DNA of 64,000 nt from Eutreptiella sp. 'Long Island Sound 2002' (GCA_964036045.1 OZ038378.1:64418001-64482000), one strand, 5' to 3'. Numbered from the stretch's first letter, positions 48,458 to 60,523 are shown. The notes: generated by a model not told the origin, from the letters alone. Numbers and translations are program-made.

Positions 48458-50610
48458 ATGCACCAAAATTTGCCATTTTTCATGAAAGATCGGCCAAAAA
48501 TGGCCGTTTTTGGTCAAAAATTGAGTTTTTTTGGCTTCAGACAAGCAGTTGAAGACCCCCCCCCCCTATTTTGAGGGTGCTGGTTGCGAAGAAGCAGGTT
48601 GTTGAGGCCCACAGATCACGAAAGCTTCATTTGGAGAATCCGTATGCACCAAAATTTGCCATTTTTCATGAAGAAATGGCCAAAAATGGCCGTTTTTTGG
48701 TCAAAAATTGAGTTTTTTAGCTTCAGATAAGCAGTTAACGACCCCCCCCTGTTTGGAGGGTGCTGGATGCGAAAAAGCACGTTGTAGAGGCAAAGTAATT
48801 GCGAAAACTCCATTTAAAGCATGCGTATGCACCAAAATGTGCCATTTTTCATGAAAAAACGGCCAAAAATGGCCGTTTTTTGGCCAAAAATTGAGTTTTT
48901 TAGCCTCAGACCAGCAGTTGAAGACCCCCTTCCTATTTTGAGAGTGCAGGATGCGAACATCAGGTCATAGAGGCATATAGATCACGAAAACTCCATTTAC
49001 AGCATGCTTATGCACCAAAATTTGCTATTTTTCATGGATAAAACTGCCAAAAATGGCCGTTTTTTGGGTCAAAAATTTAGTTTTTTTTAGCTTCAGACAA
49101 GCAGTTGAAGACCCATGCGTATGCACCAAAAGTTGCCATTTTTCATGAAAAAATGGCCAAAATGGCCGTTTTTTTGGTCAAAAAGTGAGTTTTTTGGCCT
49201 CAGAAAAGCAGTTGAACACCCCCCCTGCTATTTTGAGGGTGCTGGATGCGGAGGAATGGGTTTTGGAGGCACACAGATCACTAAAACTCCATTTACAGCA
49301 TGCGTATGCACCAAAATTTGCCATTTTTCATGAAAAAACGGCCAAAAATGGCCTTTTGTTGGTCAAAAATTGAGTTTTTTAGCTTCAGATATGCAGTTGA
49401 AGACCCCTCCCCCCTATTTTGAGGGTGCCGGATGCGAAAAAAGCAGGTTATAGAGGCATATGGATCACGAAAATAACATTTACAGCATCCGTATGCACCA
49501 AAATTTGCCATTTTTCATGAAAAAAACGGCCAAAAATGGCCGTTCTTTGGTCAGAAATTGAGTTTTTTGGCCTCAGAAAAACAGTTGAAGACCCCCCCCT
49601 GTTTTGAGGGTGCTGGATGCGCAAAACCAGGTTTTGGAGGCATACATGTCACGAAAATACGGTTTGCAGCATCGCATGCACCAAAAGTTGCCATTTTGTT
49701 AATGGAAAAAACGGCCAAAAATGGCCGTTTTTTTGGTCAAAAATTGAGTTTTTTTTCGCTTCAGACAAGCAGTTGAAGCCCCCCCCCCTATTTTGAGGGT
49801 GCTGGATCCAAACATTCAGGTTGTAGAGGCATATAGATAACTAAAATACCATTTACAGCATGCTTATGCACGAAAATTGGCCATTTTTCATCAAAAAATG
49901 GCCAAAATGGCCGTTTTTTTGGTCAAAAAGTGAGTTTTTTGGCCTCAGAAAAGCAGTTGAACACCCCCCCCTGCTATTTTGAGGGTGCTGGATGCCAAAA
50001 GACGGGTTTTGGAGGCACACAGATCACGAAACCTCCATTTACAGCATGCGTATGCACCAAAATTTGTCATTTTTCATGAAAAAACGACCAAAAATGGCCT
50101 TTTGTTGGTCAAAAATTGAGTTTTTTAGCTTCAGATATGCAGTTGAAGACCCCTCCCCCCTATTTTGAGGGTGCCGGATGCGAAGTTGTACATTGGTTGT
50201 AGAGGCGTATGGATCACGAAAATAACATTTACAGCATCCGTATGCACCAAAATTTGCCATTTTTCACGAAAAAACGGTCAAAAATGGCCGTTCTTTGGTC
50301 AGAAATTGAGTTCTTTGGCCTCAGAAAAACAGTTGAAGACCCCCCCCCCTATTTTGAGGGCGCTGGATGCGCAAAACCAGGTTTTGGAGGCATACATGTC
50401 ACAAAAATAGGGTTTGCAGCATGCGTATGCACCAAAATTTGCCATTTTTAATGCAAAAAACGGCCAAAAATGCCCGTTTTTTGGTCAAAAAATGCGCTTT
50501 TTGGCCTGAGGTAAGCAGTTGAAGCCCCCCCCCCCCTATTTTGAGGGTGCTGGATGCAGAATTGCATGTTATATGGACACACAGACCGTTCAAACACAAT
50601 TTACAATATG
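48458..50610 (+). repeat. Tandem satellite, ~12 units of ~186 bp, with a duplicated 4-unit higher-order block
   Basis: ATGCAC(C/G)AAAA at 48458, 48644, 48827, 49010, 49121, 49306, 49493, 49676, 49866, 50052, 50242 and 50427. Confidence 0.93.
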
Positions 50611-50808
50611 CTGAACTACTTAAAAGGACGGTTTTTTTGATGCTGCAGGTTTTGGGATTTTTGGACATCATAAAATCCCATTTGAAGACATCCGCCGGGT
50701 TTAGCAAGGGTGCAGACTTGGGTATAATCAGGACACCACTTCTGCAGCTTGACCATAGGTCCTCAGGCCCAGCACTCTCACACAAACATAGGCAGGTATA
50801 GGAAGGGT

Positions 50809-51096
50809 TCAGTCCCTAGGCGTCTTCTGCGAGGCAAGCGTTTCAGCGAGCCGCAGCAACTCTCCTAGGTTGTTCTGGGACAAGTAGTCCACCGGAACAG
50901 AATTCAGGAGTCCCTCAGGAAGCACGAAGGCAGAAAAGGGCTCCCAGGTAGCTTCCTCCACTCCAAACGCTTCCCAGAGGATGAGGAAACGCCACCCTTG
51001 GCGGTAGCGGTGTCGGATGACAGGCTTCACCAGGTAGAAGCCTTCCTTAACCATCTCCTCGGCATTCATGTCAGGGAGTTCTCCTTCGACATCCAT
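50809..51096 (-). pseudogene. C-terminal chromodomain of the integrase
   Basis: FYLVKPVIRHRYRQGWRFLILWEAFGVEEATWEPFSAF fits the chromo pattern Y.V..I..HR.....YLVKW.G....TWEP. Confidence 0.85.
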
Positions 51097-51180
51097 AGGA
51101 CTGGCAGCACCCTGTAGTTCTAGAGCGGCGATCTCCTCATTTTTCAGTTCCCATCCTTGCCCACAGAGGTCCTCTGGGTC

Positions 51181-52223
51181 TTAGTAGCTCTTAAGCTGTT
51201 GAGGTCCGCACACTAGGGTCCCTCCTAGTCGGGGAGAACCCCGCACAGTAATATGGTGAGCATCCACGGTCAGCATCTTGTAGGGCCCAAAGTAGGGGTC
51301 ATTACTGGTGGAGCGTGGCCAGGCGGGTAGCTGACTGTGGTGCACCAGCACCCAGTCTCCCTCTTGATAGGAGGCAGGCACTCAGTGGGTGTTCTTCCTG
51401 TTCCACTGTCGCTCCCTCATTCTCTGGAGCATAGCCTTGGCCTTGTCCATCTTCTTCTGTTGCTCCTTCACCCATTTTCCCACCGCAGAGTAGGAATCCT
51501 CAGGATAGGGAGCGTGTAGGAACCACACCGGGCGTCCCATGAATTGCTCACGGGGTGAGTAGCCAGTCGCCGAACTCTCTTGGGAGTTCGTCATCAGGGA
51601 TATGACGCGGAGTAGTCTCACCCAGTCTCTGGTGCGCTCAGTCTTGCACCATATCCTGACGTTCTCTTTGGAAACTCGAATCTGTCGCTCACATAGGGGG
51701 TTACTCGTATGAGTATAGGAAATCCCCTCAGACGCCTGGACATTGAGGAACCTCAAGACTCTCTTGTACCAGCCATTGTCGGAGCTTACTCGGACGTCCT
51801 CGTTGGAGTTGGGTGCCTCATAGACACAGAAGCACTCTGCCAGGAGTATCTTGATGGTGTCGGCACCGGTGATGTGTTTGGTGCATGGGAACACTGTGGT
51901 AAACCCGCCAACCCACAGGTTACGATTAGGGCGAAGTCATAGCCCCCAGACGTAGGCATCTCGGTGTAGTCCACATAGAAAACACTATTGGCACAGTGTG
52001 CGATAGGAAGGGTCGAATAGAGACCTCCGTTCCTGATATCCCCAGCTTTACAGGACCGACACGGGCACTTGCCCACGATAGGCTGCAGGGTTTTCCGTAG
52101 CTGGTCACCACTGCACGTAGAGTGGAACCACTTCGTGAATGGCTTCAAGTTACAGTCAGCCCCAACATGATAATTAGACTCACCGGGCCACTTGAGGAGT
52201 GCCGGGATACGGTCGCTGGGCAC
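51181..52223 (-). pseudogene. Integrase (zinc finger remnant, DDE core, GPY/F region)
   Basis: WFH..CRSCKA, FYVDYTEMP, VSSDN, NPLCERQIR, NSQESSATGYSP, PYFGPYK. Confidence 0.85.
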
Positions 52224-52265
52224 GACTATCCGGTCCTCATGCCAGAGGTAGGTCTTGTCCCGCTT

Positions 52266-54072
52266 TCATTGCTCCTGGTTGACCAGGACGGGTTCCCGAC
52301 GCTTCTCCAGGCGTTTGTAGACATCCCCAAACTCCTTCAGGTACTCGACTTGTTGGAGTCCATCTAGAGGTCTGATCATGGTCATGTTGAGGCTCAGGTG
52401 TACATCCATGCGGCTGAAGGCCTCCTTTGGTAGCTTTTCAGACCTGGCACCAGTCATGTCGTCAAAGTTGTTCCGGCTGATGTAGTCAGCACACTCGTTC
52501 TTGACGTCCTGGATGTGATGCACTGAGAGCTGTAGCTGGCTCAGGTAGGTGCACCAGCGTCTGAGTTTAGCCTTCTCAGGTGGAGGGCCCTTTTGAAAGG
52601 TACGGACTGGTTCTTGGTCACATAGCCAAACCACAGGGCTACTCCCCAACAGTCGGGACTGAGAGCATAGCATGAGCATACCCCCGCGCAGTTCCTGCTC
52701 GTAGGTAGAGTAGCTACCCCTGGCCTGGTTCCACTTCCAGTTCCTATGGCCCAGGGGAACCAGGACCCATTTATCGTCAGGGTAGCTGTGCTTGAGAGTG
52801 CCGTCTTGATTTAGTCCATCAGTCCCCCATTGGGAAATGGCCGAGTGGAACTCCTCCTTCTCTAGTGCGTGCCACTGGAACAACGTTCCACCTCCGCCCA
52901 CCTTGCTGGCGTCAGTCACCAGGATAATCTCTCCTTGTGCCCTAGGCACGCCCAAGCAGTTAGCGTTAGCCACTTTGTCCTTGAGCTCGTCAAGCGTTTG
53001 TTGCTCTTAAGGGCCCAAGCGCCAGGTAGTATTCTTCTTAATGAGGTCCTTCAGGATGGCGCTGGTGTGGGTGAAATTTTTGATGTAGCGGCGGTAGAAA
53101 TTGCAAGCCCCCATAAAGCTACGTACATCATGGACTCCTTTCTTGGGGTCTTCACGTCGCACCTTGGCATCCATCAGGGGTTTGGCCTTAGAGGCCGCAG
53201 GGGTCCACCACCCATAGCCAATGTCGAACCCCAGGTACTGCATAGTGTCCTGCATGAACTTACACTTCTCCAGCTTGAGTCTGGTATGGTTCTCGTTGCA
53301 GACCGCAAAGAACTCGCCCAAGACGATTAGGTGGTCCTCCTGAGGATTCGTTCCCAGGCATGCATCATGGATGTGTGCTTCCATCTGGGCGCCTCCGGAT
53401 ATGAGTTCTTGCACCACAGGTGTCCGACGTAGGACGGACGGTATCTTGTTCATCAGCTCTTGAAAAAGAGCGGGTGCCGTGGGCACGCCAAACGGCACGC
53501 CCTTCCACTTGAACACCCTCCCCTGAGGGGTGACGAACGCTAGGAGCTCTTGCCACTTCCCAGAAACCACTTCACTTGTCCATCTTAGTCTTGTAGCGGC
53601 AGGAGGCTATCTTCTCTAGGGTTAACTCCATGTTAGGAATAGACCCCGAGTGGTTCAACATTTTCTTGTTCAGCTCTCCATAGTTCACCACCAGCCGTTT
53701 GGCTGTAGACCCAGGTTTGACCGCCAGGAAACAGGGGCTGCAGTGTTGGGGGTAGTCCCCATACCTGTACTCCAGAAACTGGCCAGCGTCGATCCACTGT
53801 TGTATCTGTCGCTCAATCTCATCGGCCTGCACTTTGGGACCTTCGTAGGGCTTCCGACGTATCTTGTGACCTACGAACTGGGGCTTCAGATTGAGGTCCA
53901 TCTGTACCATTTTATCACAGGAGGCTGGAGGGGGTAGTTCCCCAAGCACCTCCAGGGAGGTCCTGATCAGCGTCTGGACTCTAGGGTCCAGGAGCTTGAT
54001 GTTGTCCTCCAGGTCCTTGTCAGAGTTCAGATTGAATAGAAGCAGGGAGGTGGTCCTCAACCGGCTCAGCAT
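52266..54072 (-). pseudogene. RT + RNase H
   Basis: RT: SPCFLAVKPG, KRLVVNYGELNK, FKWKGVPFG, HIHD (53364-53375), KCKF, YLG, RSFMGACNFYRRYI. RNase H: LVTDAS, STYEQEL, WLCDQ, NECADYISR. Confidence 0.9.
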
Positions 54073-54811
54073 CCTTGATTGTGTCCTTCAGCCCTTGATA
54101 CGCGTATAGAAGGTCCCGTTCCACAGTCTCAGGTGGCCGGTGACGACAGCATAGGCAAACTTGAGGGGGGTCACATACGCATTTTTCTGAGAGTTCATCT
54201 TCCTCAGGGGTCCCCACGTGGGCACCCCGTACGCTGTTCATGGGCTTTAGATCCACCTCCCGTTGCCAGGTGGTGATCTTCTGTTCAAGGTCCTCCTTCA
54301 GTTGGGAGACATGTCTTATAGATGCTTGCTTCAACGGCCAGGAGCGGTGGGTAGGCTTAGCGTAGCATAGCTTTTTGGCCGCCAATCTCCTCTTGGAGTC
54401 CACGTACTCTCTGAGCCTGGATTGGGGGTTGAACCCTTCGTCCAGGTGCTCCTCTCCTCTCATGGAGAGTAGGCATTTCTGTGGGGTAGCGTACTCGGCG
54501 TTCTCCACTTCCTCCACGCACGTCTGCACGAAGAAGGCGTCATGTTGGGTTTCGTCATCACAGGGTATAGAGCTGGGTAGCTCGCATAGCCCACACCCTG
54601 AGACTACATCAGGATCAGGTACATGGCAGGGGGAGTTGGGGGCAACAGCGTCAGACAGAACGTACTCGTCTCCCCCTGGAGTAGCTTCCACAGCGTCTCG
54701 AGGCCGGAGTTGGTCTTTCAGGACATCCAGGGTGTAGTTGCTGCTCTCACGTTGAATTTCCTGGACCATAGCAGGGTCCAGATCCTCCCAGGGTACTGTG
54801 GCAAAGCCCCC

Positions 54812-55156
54812 GTCCACCACGCTTAGCATGCTCCCCCTTCCTAGTTTACCAATAGGAGTCTTACGACCCAGAGGCACGTAGATGGCGTCATCAGGCAGCT
54901 GGATGGAGGTGAGCGTCAGCTTCTCCAATAAAGTACGCCAGTACTCATTTCCCCCATGGGCTCCCCAATCGGGGGAACACAGGACCATACGAGAACATTC
55001 AAAGGCCACCTTGGTCAAGACCTTCCCCAGTTCACTGAACCTGTGGTTAACGTACGCCATCGCGAAAGAGAGCCAGTAAAATTGGTACAAGCAATTTTGC
55101 CCTGTGCTACAGTAGAGGTCCAGGATGTGCTGCGTGTCACTGGCAAACAACTCCAC
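54812..55156 (-). pseudogene. Dam-like N6-adenine DNA methyltransferase-fold domain inside pol, between protease and RT
   Basis: VELFASDTQH..YCS..N..YQF.W...AYVNHRFSELGKVLTKV...MVLCSPDW...YWRTLL follows the DLFAS..N..Y.S..DAF..W..Y.NPPF..I.KVL.K..L..P.W..W pattern of DIRS-type/phage Dam MTases. NPPF-like motif reads NHRF (55037-55048). Confidence 0.72.
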
Positions 55157-55329
55157 GTTCTGGTCTTTCGTCAAGTATCCCAACGCCTTTACACCTTGCT
55201 CCAGGACACCCCCAAGGAGCTGATAGTACTCTGCTTTGGAGGCGAACATAATGGCAGAGGGCTTCTTCTCGCATACGCTCAGGTAGCTTGACGTGTGCTC
55301 AGACTGGTCCAGTGGTACAGCTTCCCGTC

Positions 55330-55672
55330 CGTCCCCATGGTCCACATGAAGGACATAGGGTGCTTGCACCTTGAGGGATATAATCTGGGAGTGCTCGACG
55401 AAGAAGTTAGTCCCCAGTACGAAGTCGAAGGACTGGGTATCCATCACGTAGAACCGATGGGCAAGGCTCCTAGATCCCGTAGGCACAGTGACCTCGCAGT
55501 CCCCACAACTGTACACCACATGGTCATCCCCCATGCGAATGGCTGCAGTAGGCACTATGTTCTTCAGGTCCCCACGAGGTAAAACCTTCTTGGCCACAAT
55601 TGATATAGTAGCCCCTGTATCCAATACCCCCAGGTATTCTCGTCTCCCGAGACGGATGCGTACCCAGAGCAC
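55330..55672 (-). pseudogene. Aspartic protease
   Basis: LGVLDTGATISIV and FDFVLGTNF motifs. Confidence 0.88.
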
Positions 55673-55702
55673 CAGGTCTATAGATCCCCAAGAGCGTCCC
55701 AG

Positions 55703-58700
55703 TCAGAAATCCGCGGGACAGGTCACTTCAAACGACCTCTTGCGCAGTATTGGCGCCATCCGCATGAAGCGGGAAGGGTTACGGGGATTTGACTCGTCCC
55801 GATCTTCATTGCCACGCTTGGCTCCTTGTTCTTGTTGAGCTTGCGTTTGGGAACGTGTCGTAGGCCCCCGGGTTTTGCTGCCCTCCAGAGGGCTCAGTAT
55901 TGGTCCCCCCTGGCGTAGTGTCCGGGTTTTCCCCGGACCTGTCCTCGTTCTTGTCGTTGCTCTTGTCCTGGTTCTTCCTGTCAGGGCATCCACATCCTCC
56001 ACCTTTGCCTTGCGCTTTACCTTGGCATTTGCCTCATCCTTGAGACTTACCCTTGCCTTTCTCGCCATTGTTCTTGCCTGCAGCGCTTCCACCGCCATTC
56101 TGGGCCTCGCTCTTCAGCTTGGCGGATAAGCCCTGCTTGTGGTAGCACTCCTCCTCGTAGTGCTTGCGCTTGCCACAGAAAGCAAAGGTGATAGTGCACC
56201 TGTAGTGGTCAGGCATCTTACCCTTCACACCGATGTTGGTCTCCTGCTTCTTGCCCTGGACCACAAAACACTCATGCTGATCGCAGTCTGGGGCATGCAC
56301 GAGGCCGCTCTGCTCATCTGTGGCGTCACACCAGAAGAGGTCTTGCACATTGCTCATGTGGCGAGCATTCTTAGGGGTAGTACCTTGTCCAGGTGGAGGT
56401 TCTTGATACCCACGGTGATGGTTCCCAGAGTTGCCTCCACTCAGGCGGTAGGCGTTGAGATGCTGGTCACTCTCCTGCTCCAGCGCCAACTCCAATAGAA
56501 GTACAGACACGTCCTCGTAGGTGAGGGTTCTTGCCTTGCACTCCGCCGTAGCCTGACACTCATCCCACACATCTCGTGGAATCTTAGCCACGAAGCAGAA
56601 AAGCAGCTCGTCGCTGCCGTAAGATCCGGGCGTCAGTCGCCCTACCCAACTGTCCAAGTCGGCCAGTAGTTCAGAGATACGCACAGCCTTGGGGTTGTTG
56701 GGCAACATGGCCAGGTTCTGGATCTCGGTCCAGACGGATAGTTCGGTCTCGTAGGAGGGGTACTGCCTCTCAAGGGCAAACAAAACATCGGTGCACGTGG
56801 CTGACTTAGTCGCGATCTGCTTGACTTGCTTCTCCAGGTACTTGGTCTTGCAACATTGCAAGAGTAGATCACACTTCACCCGCCCACTAGCGTGAGTCTG
56901 GCCGGTCATCCTCAGGAAAAAACCCAAACTCTCCGCAAAGTTGCTGAGGTCCTTCCCAGTAAACTCAGGCAGGTGGACCACAATCGTAGAGGTTGCGATA
57001 GCCTTTGCTTCCTTGGAGCGGCGCGTCTTATGGCGCCTGCCCTTCTTCTTCTTCTTCTACTCTTTGTCATTCGGGTTCTCGGGGTCCTCAGGGTCTTGGT
57101 GCTCAGAGGGTGAAGCTGACGTTGGACATGGCGGTCCATCGTCTGAAGGGTCACCGCCCAAGTCACTGGAGCCATAGGGCTGCACATCAACCATGGCCCT
57201 TCGGCCTGTCAGTGCCAACTGATCCAGCTCAGCTCGGGTGGAATTCTCCACATGGCTATAGGGTCGCTGGGCCGTTCTTGGTAGGAAGGGATCTCTTCGT
57301 ATGGCTGCAGGGGTCGGCACAGGTCACCTTCTCACAGCACCCGAGGGATCAGTCAGTGCTGCCACCAGGTGGTTGGCCTGCACTTGGTGAGGGGAAGCTT
57401 CCATGGTCAAAGGTGATCCATCAGGTGGTATCAGGGGCTTCAGTTTCTGCCTGATTTCTTGCGTCAAGTTGGCAACTAGCTCACCAGTAGGGCAACAGAG
57501 AGCTTCCTTGATCTCCGAGCACGTCAGGGACCTTTTAAAGGATCTTTCCGATCCCCTGCTCCTTCCTGCACATGGCTCAGGGCCCCGAAGACCGCTCAGA
57601 GAGGTGACGCCAGGCGCTGGCCTGGCATAGCAAGGCTCCAGTGCTGCATAGCCAGCAATAAAGGTTGGGCCCAGGCCAGTAGGGGGCCTGTGATAGTCCT
57701 CGGCGTAGGGGCGTGGCATAGGCTCATGGATACCGGTGTAGGTGGGGCTGGATGCCACTGGTTCGCTGACTGCAAGCGTCATAGGTGGCGCAGTTGCGAC
57801 TGGGTCGACACCATAGGTGGGGTAAGGCATACCAGTAAAGCCTAGACTCTCAGCCATAGGTTCTGTGGTTGTGGGTGAGAATGTTGCTGGGTGTGTGGCT
57901 GGGTGTGTAGTGGCAGTTGGAGAGGATGCTGCAGGGTGTTCGGAGGCGCTTGGTAGTTCTCAGAAGGTTTGTCATGAAAGGGTACCTCATCGGATTAGGG
58001 AAATGTGTGGCTGTGCATCACTTCTCGTCCCCGCTGCGCCGCGGAGGCTTGGGGTCACTCTGTTGGGCGCTGCCACGGGCGGGGGTTGCGTGGTCACTCC
58101 GAGGGGCCCAGATGCGGCAACGGGAATTGCCTGGATCAGATAGGGGACCCCAACTGTCGTCGGAGCCCAAATCCAGAGGAGCGGCCGGTCGCTTTCGTTG
58201 CTCCTCCGGTCCCTTCCACTGCTCTTCAGGTCCTCCAACCTATCCAGCCCCCTCTGGAGCTAGGTGACCACGCCGCTCAGCTTCCCAGCTTCGAAGTTAG
58301 CAATGTGCAGGTCTTTACGGGCCTTGGCGGCGGCGGCAGCCCTCTTGCCTATCTCAATCTTGTTGATCTGCGCCTCGCGCTCCAAGTTCCAGATCGTTTT
58401 CTTGAGATATACGATCCATCGCCGAATGTTCTCCGGGATGTCAACTCCCGGCGGTTTGTCGGGGGGGTCTCTGCCTGGTAGCCCTCCACAGGGTCCTCTG
58501 TCTGAGGCCCTCTGCTTGGGGGTCAACCAGGTGGTCCTCCTCCCGGCGGTCCTCCGGGCAGTCCTCCGCCTGGGGGGGCAGGCGGTCCACCATCTGGGGG
58601 TCCTCCGCTGCCGGATGGGTCGGTATCTTGGCTGAGTGCCGTGTTGTCATCGGTGTCCATTTCTCTGCATCTGGGTCTGGATCCCGGCGGGGGTCGGCCG

Positions 58701-60460
58701 GTGGTGCTTTCCCCACTGCGGTAGGGAGGTGGAGGACCCTCTTTACCCGAACTGGGAGGGGTATCGTTGCCTCCTCCGCCAACAGCTCCGGGCACTCCAA
58801 CCTTGCAGCCCGTTGGCTCTTGGCGATGCCCCCGGTCTCGTCTATCCCCATCGCTGCAGGTGACGAAGGGGTCGGAATTTTGGGGGTGCCTCTTGGCAGG
58901 CCTTTGTGGTCTTTCAGGGGTCTTCCCCTTGCCCTTGCGGCGGGGACGGGTGGCAGGGCCGCTGCCCTCGCTGCTCCGAGAGTCCTCCGCGTCCAGGTTG
59001 ATCTTCGTCCTAGAGGCGGGGTCCCCGTCCAAGAACCTCCGGAGGGTGTCAACACGGGACCTCCCCGGGGGCGTCTCGCGCTGGATCTTCCTCCCCGCGT
59101 CCTCCATAGCTGCGATGGCTGCCTCTGCTGCCCGCCTTTGAACCTCCTCGTGGGCACGAGCGGCCTCCTGCTCACGCTGCTGCTGCAGCCGAGGCTCGAC
59201 TGCCTCCAGGGCCCTGATCTTAGCGTCGGTCTTGGCCTTCTCCTCGGCGCCCTTAGGTTGCGCGGTCTCGATGGCCTCCCGCTTTGCGGCGTCCGCTTCG
59301 GCCCTCATATCCGCCCCCTTCTGCGCCCCCTCTTGGCCCAGGGCTTGCTCCAACACCTTCACCTCTGCCTCCTCCTTGGCGGTGGCCTCCTGGGCGGCGC
59401 AGGCTTCAGAAGCAGCCGCCGCTTCCGGTGCGCTGCCTTTGCTTCACGCCTCTCATCGGCAGCCGCTGCTGCCTGCGCGGCTGCGGTCGCAAGTGCGGCC
59501 AAGATGGCCGCCACGGCCCACGCCTGGATCGCTATGCTGTGGTCCCAGTGGGCGGGCTCCTCCTGGGCGATCTTGATGGCTCCGTCCACGGCAGCTTTCT
59601 GCTGCGTGGCCCGATCTTGGTCAACCCGGAGGTTGCAGGGCACGCCGCAGACGTGCTCGCAAGCGCGGGCCACTTCGCCTCGCTGAGGGGCGGTGAAGTT
59701 TTGAGCAACGCTGCTGCTGCTGCTGCTGGCGGAGGGTCCTGGGCGAGGTGGCGCTCCCCGGTTGGCCAACACCACGTCACTGCTTTAGCCTGAGCCCTTC
59801 AGGTGCAGCGGACGGGCAGGCTTGGCCTTGGATCTTTGGGCAACCCCCATGAAGTTGCCTAGGGTGGCGACTCTCGGGTGGGGGTCGCCTTTGCCCGGCG
59901 TGGGGGAACTCAGCTCTTCAGCCGGCCGGTCCTTTTGGTGGAGCTCGGGGCTGCGATTGGCGACGTATCGGCTGTCACGCCAGACACGCCACCGCTTCCG
60001 CTGCCACGCATGCTCGTAGCCCAGGGCTTGAAGCTCCGTTTGCTTCTCGCGATGATGGTTCACATCTCCGCGGATCTCCACGTACTCGGGGGCAGTGTCC
60101 CCCTGGGCCTGAGAGTGGCGGTACTCCCGGTACCACTCCAGCCCTTGCATGAGGCTGCGGATGATGGCCAGGCTGGGCTCCCGACGCACCTTCTTAGGGA
60201 CGGCCATGGGGCTCGGTTGTGGCTGTGGGTGTGGTTGTTGATGCGGAAGCTGCAAGGACTCGTTGATGTTGGACTCCTCCTACTGTTGATGCGGATGCTG
60301 CAAGAGTCCTGCTCCGCAATCCGCAATGGACTTGAGGGTCTCGGGGTCCAGGTACTCGTTGGTGTCCCCGACGGCCCCGAGTGGCACGCTGGGATGGGGT
60401 ACCCCACCGGCAGTAGAATGCCTTTGACGCGTTCCTGTGGGGGAGCCTGGCCACGGCAGG
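55703..60460 (-). pseudogene. Very long gag-side region: Q/P-rich start, Ala/Glu coiled-coil, capsid-like domain and degenerate CCHC knuckle
   Basis: Chain of ORF fragments 60280-60528, 59785-60255, 59359-59775, 58523-59362, 58260-58526, 57324-57857, 56034-56981. Motifs LPEFTGKDL..F, LERQYP, (F)AFCGKRKHYEEEC. Confidence 0.65.
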
Positions 60461-60523
60461 CTGCGGCGAACACGCAAGCAAGCAAGCAGGCAAAGCACTG
60501 CGCTCCCAGGGGCATCTTCATGA

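Larger units (their letters stand above)
50809..60460 (-). mobile_element. Decayed Ty3/Gypsy-type retrotransposon coding region (long gag, PR, MTase-like domain, RT, RH, IN, chromodomain); no LTR pair found
   Basis: Domain order PR-RT-RH-IN is diagnostic of Ty3/Gypsy; many stops and frameshifts. Confidence 0.9.

Noticed and set aside
35340-50610. Tandem arrays as CRISPR-like repeat-spacer systems
   Set aside because: Whole units are degenerate copies with no unique spacers, and there are no cas-like ORFs.
48371-50785. Repeated short ORFs such as MANFGAYGCCKCYF and MRMHQKLPFF
   Set aside because: By-products of the 186-bp satellite, not genes.
42381-52000. CACAGTG/CACTGTG RSS-like heptamers as ends of the Transib-like element
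   Set aside because: Scattered single occurrences with no inverted pair or 5-bp TSD bracketing the transposase.
11574-55705. Stop-codon reassignment (alternative genetic code) explaining in-frame stops
   Set aside because: Both TAG and TGA occur at positions expecting different residues (Y, Q, W), alongside frameshifts and missense hits to catalytic sites. Ordinary decay explains this.
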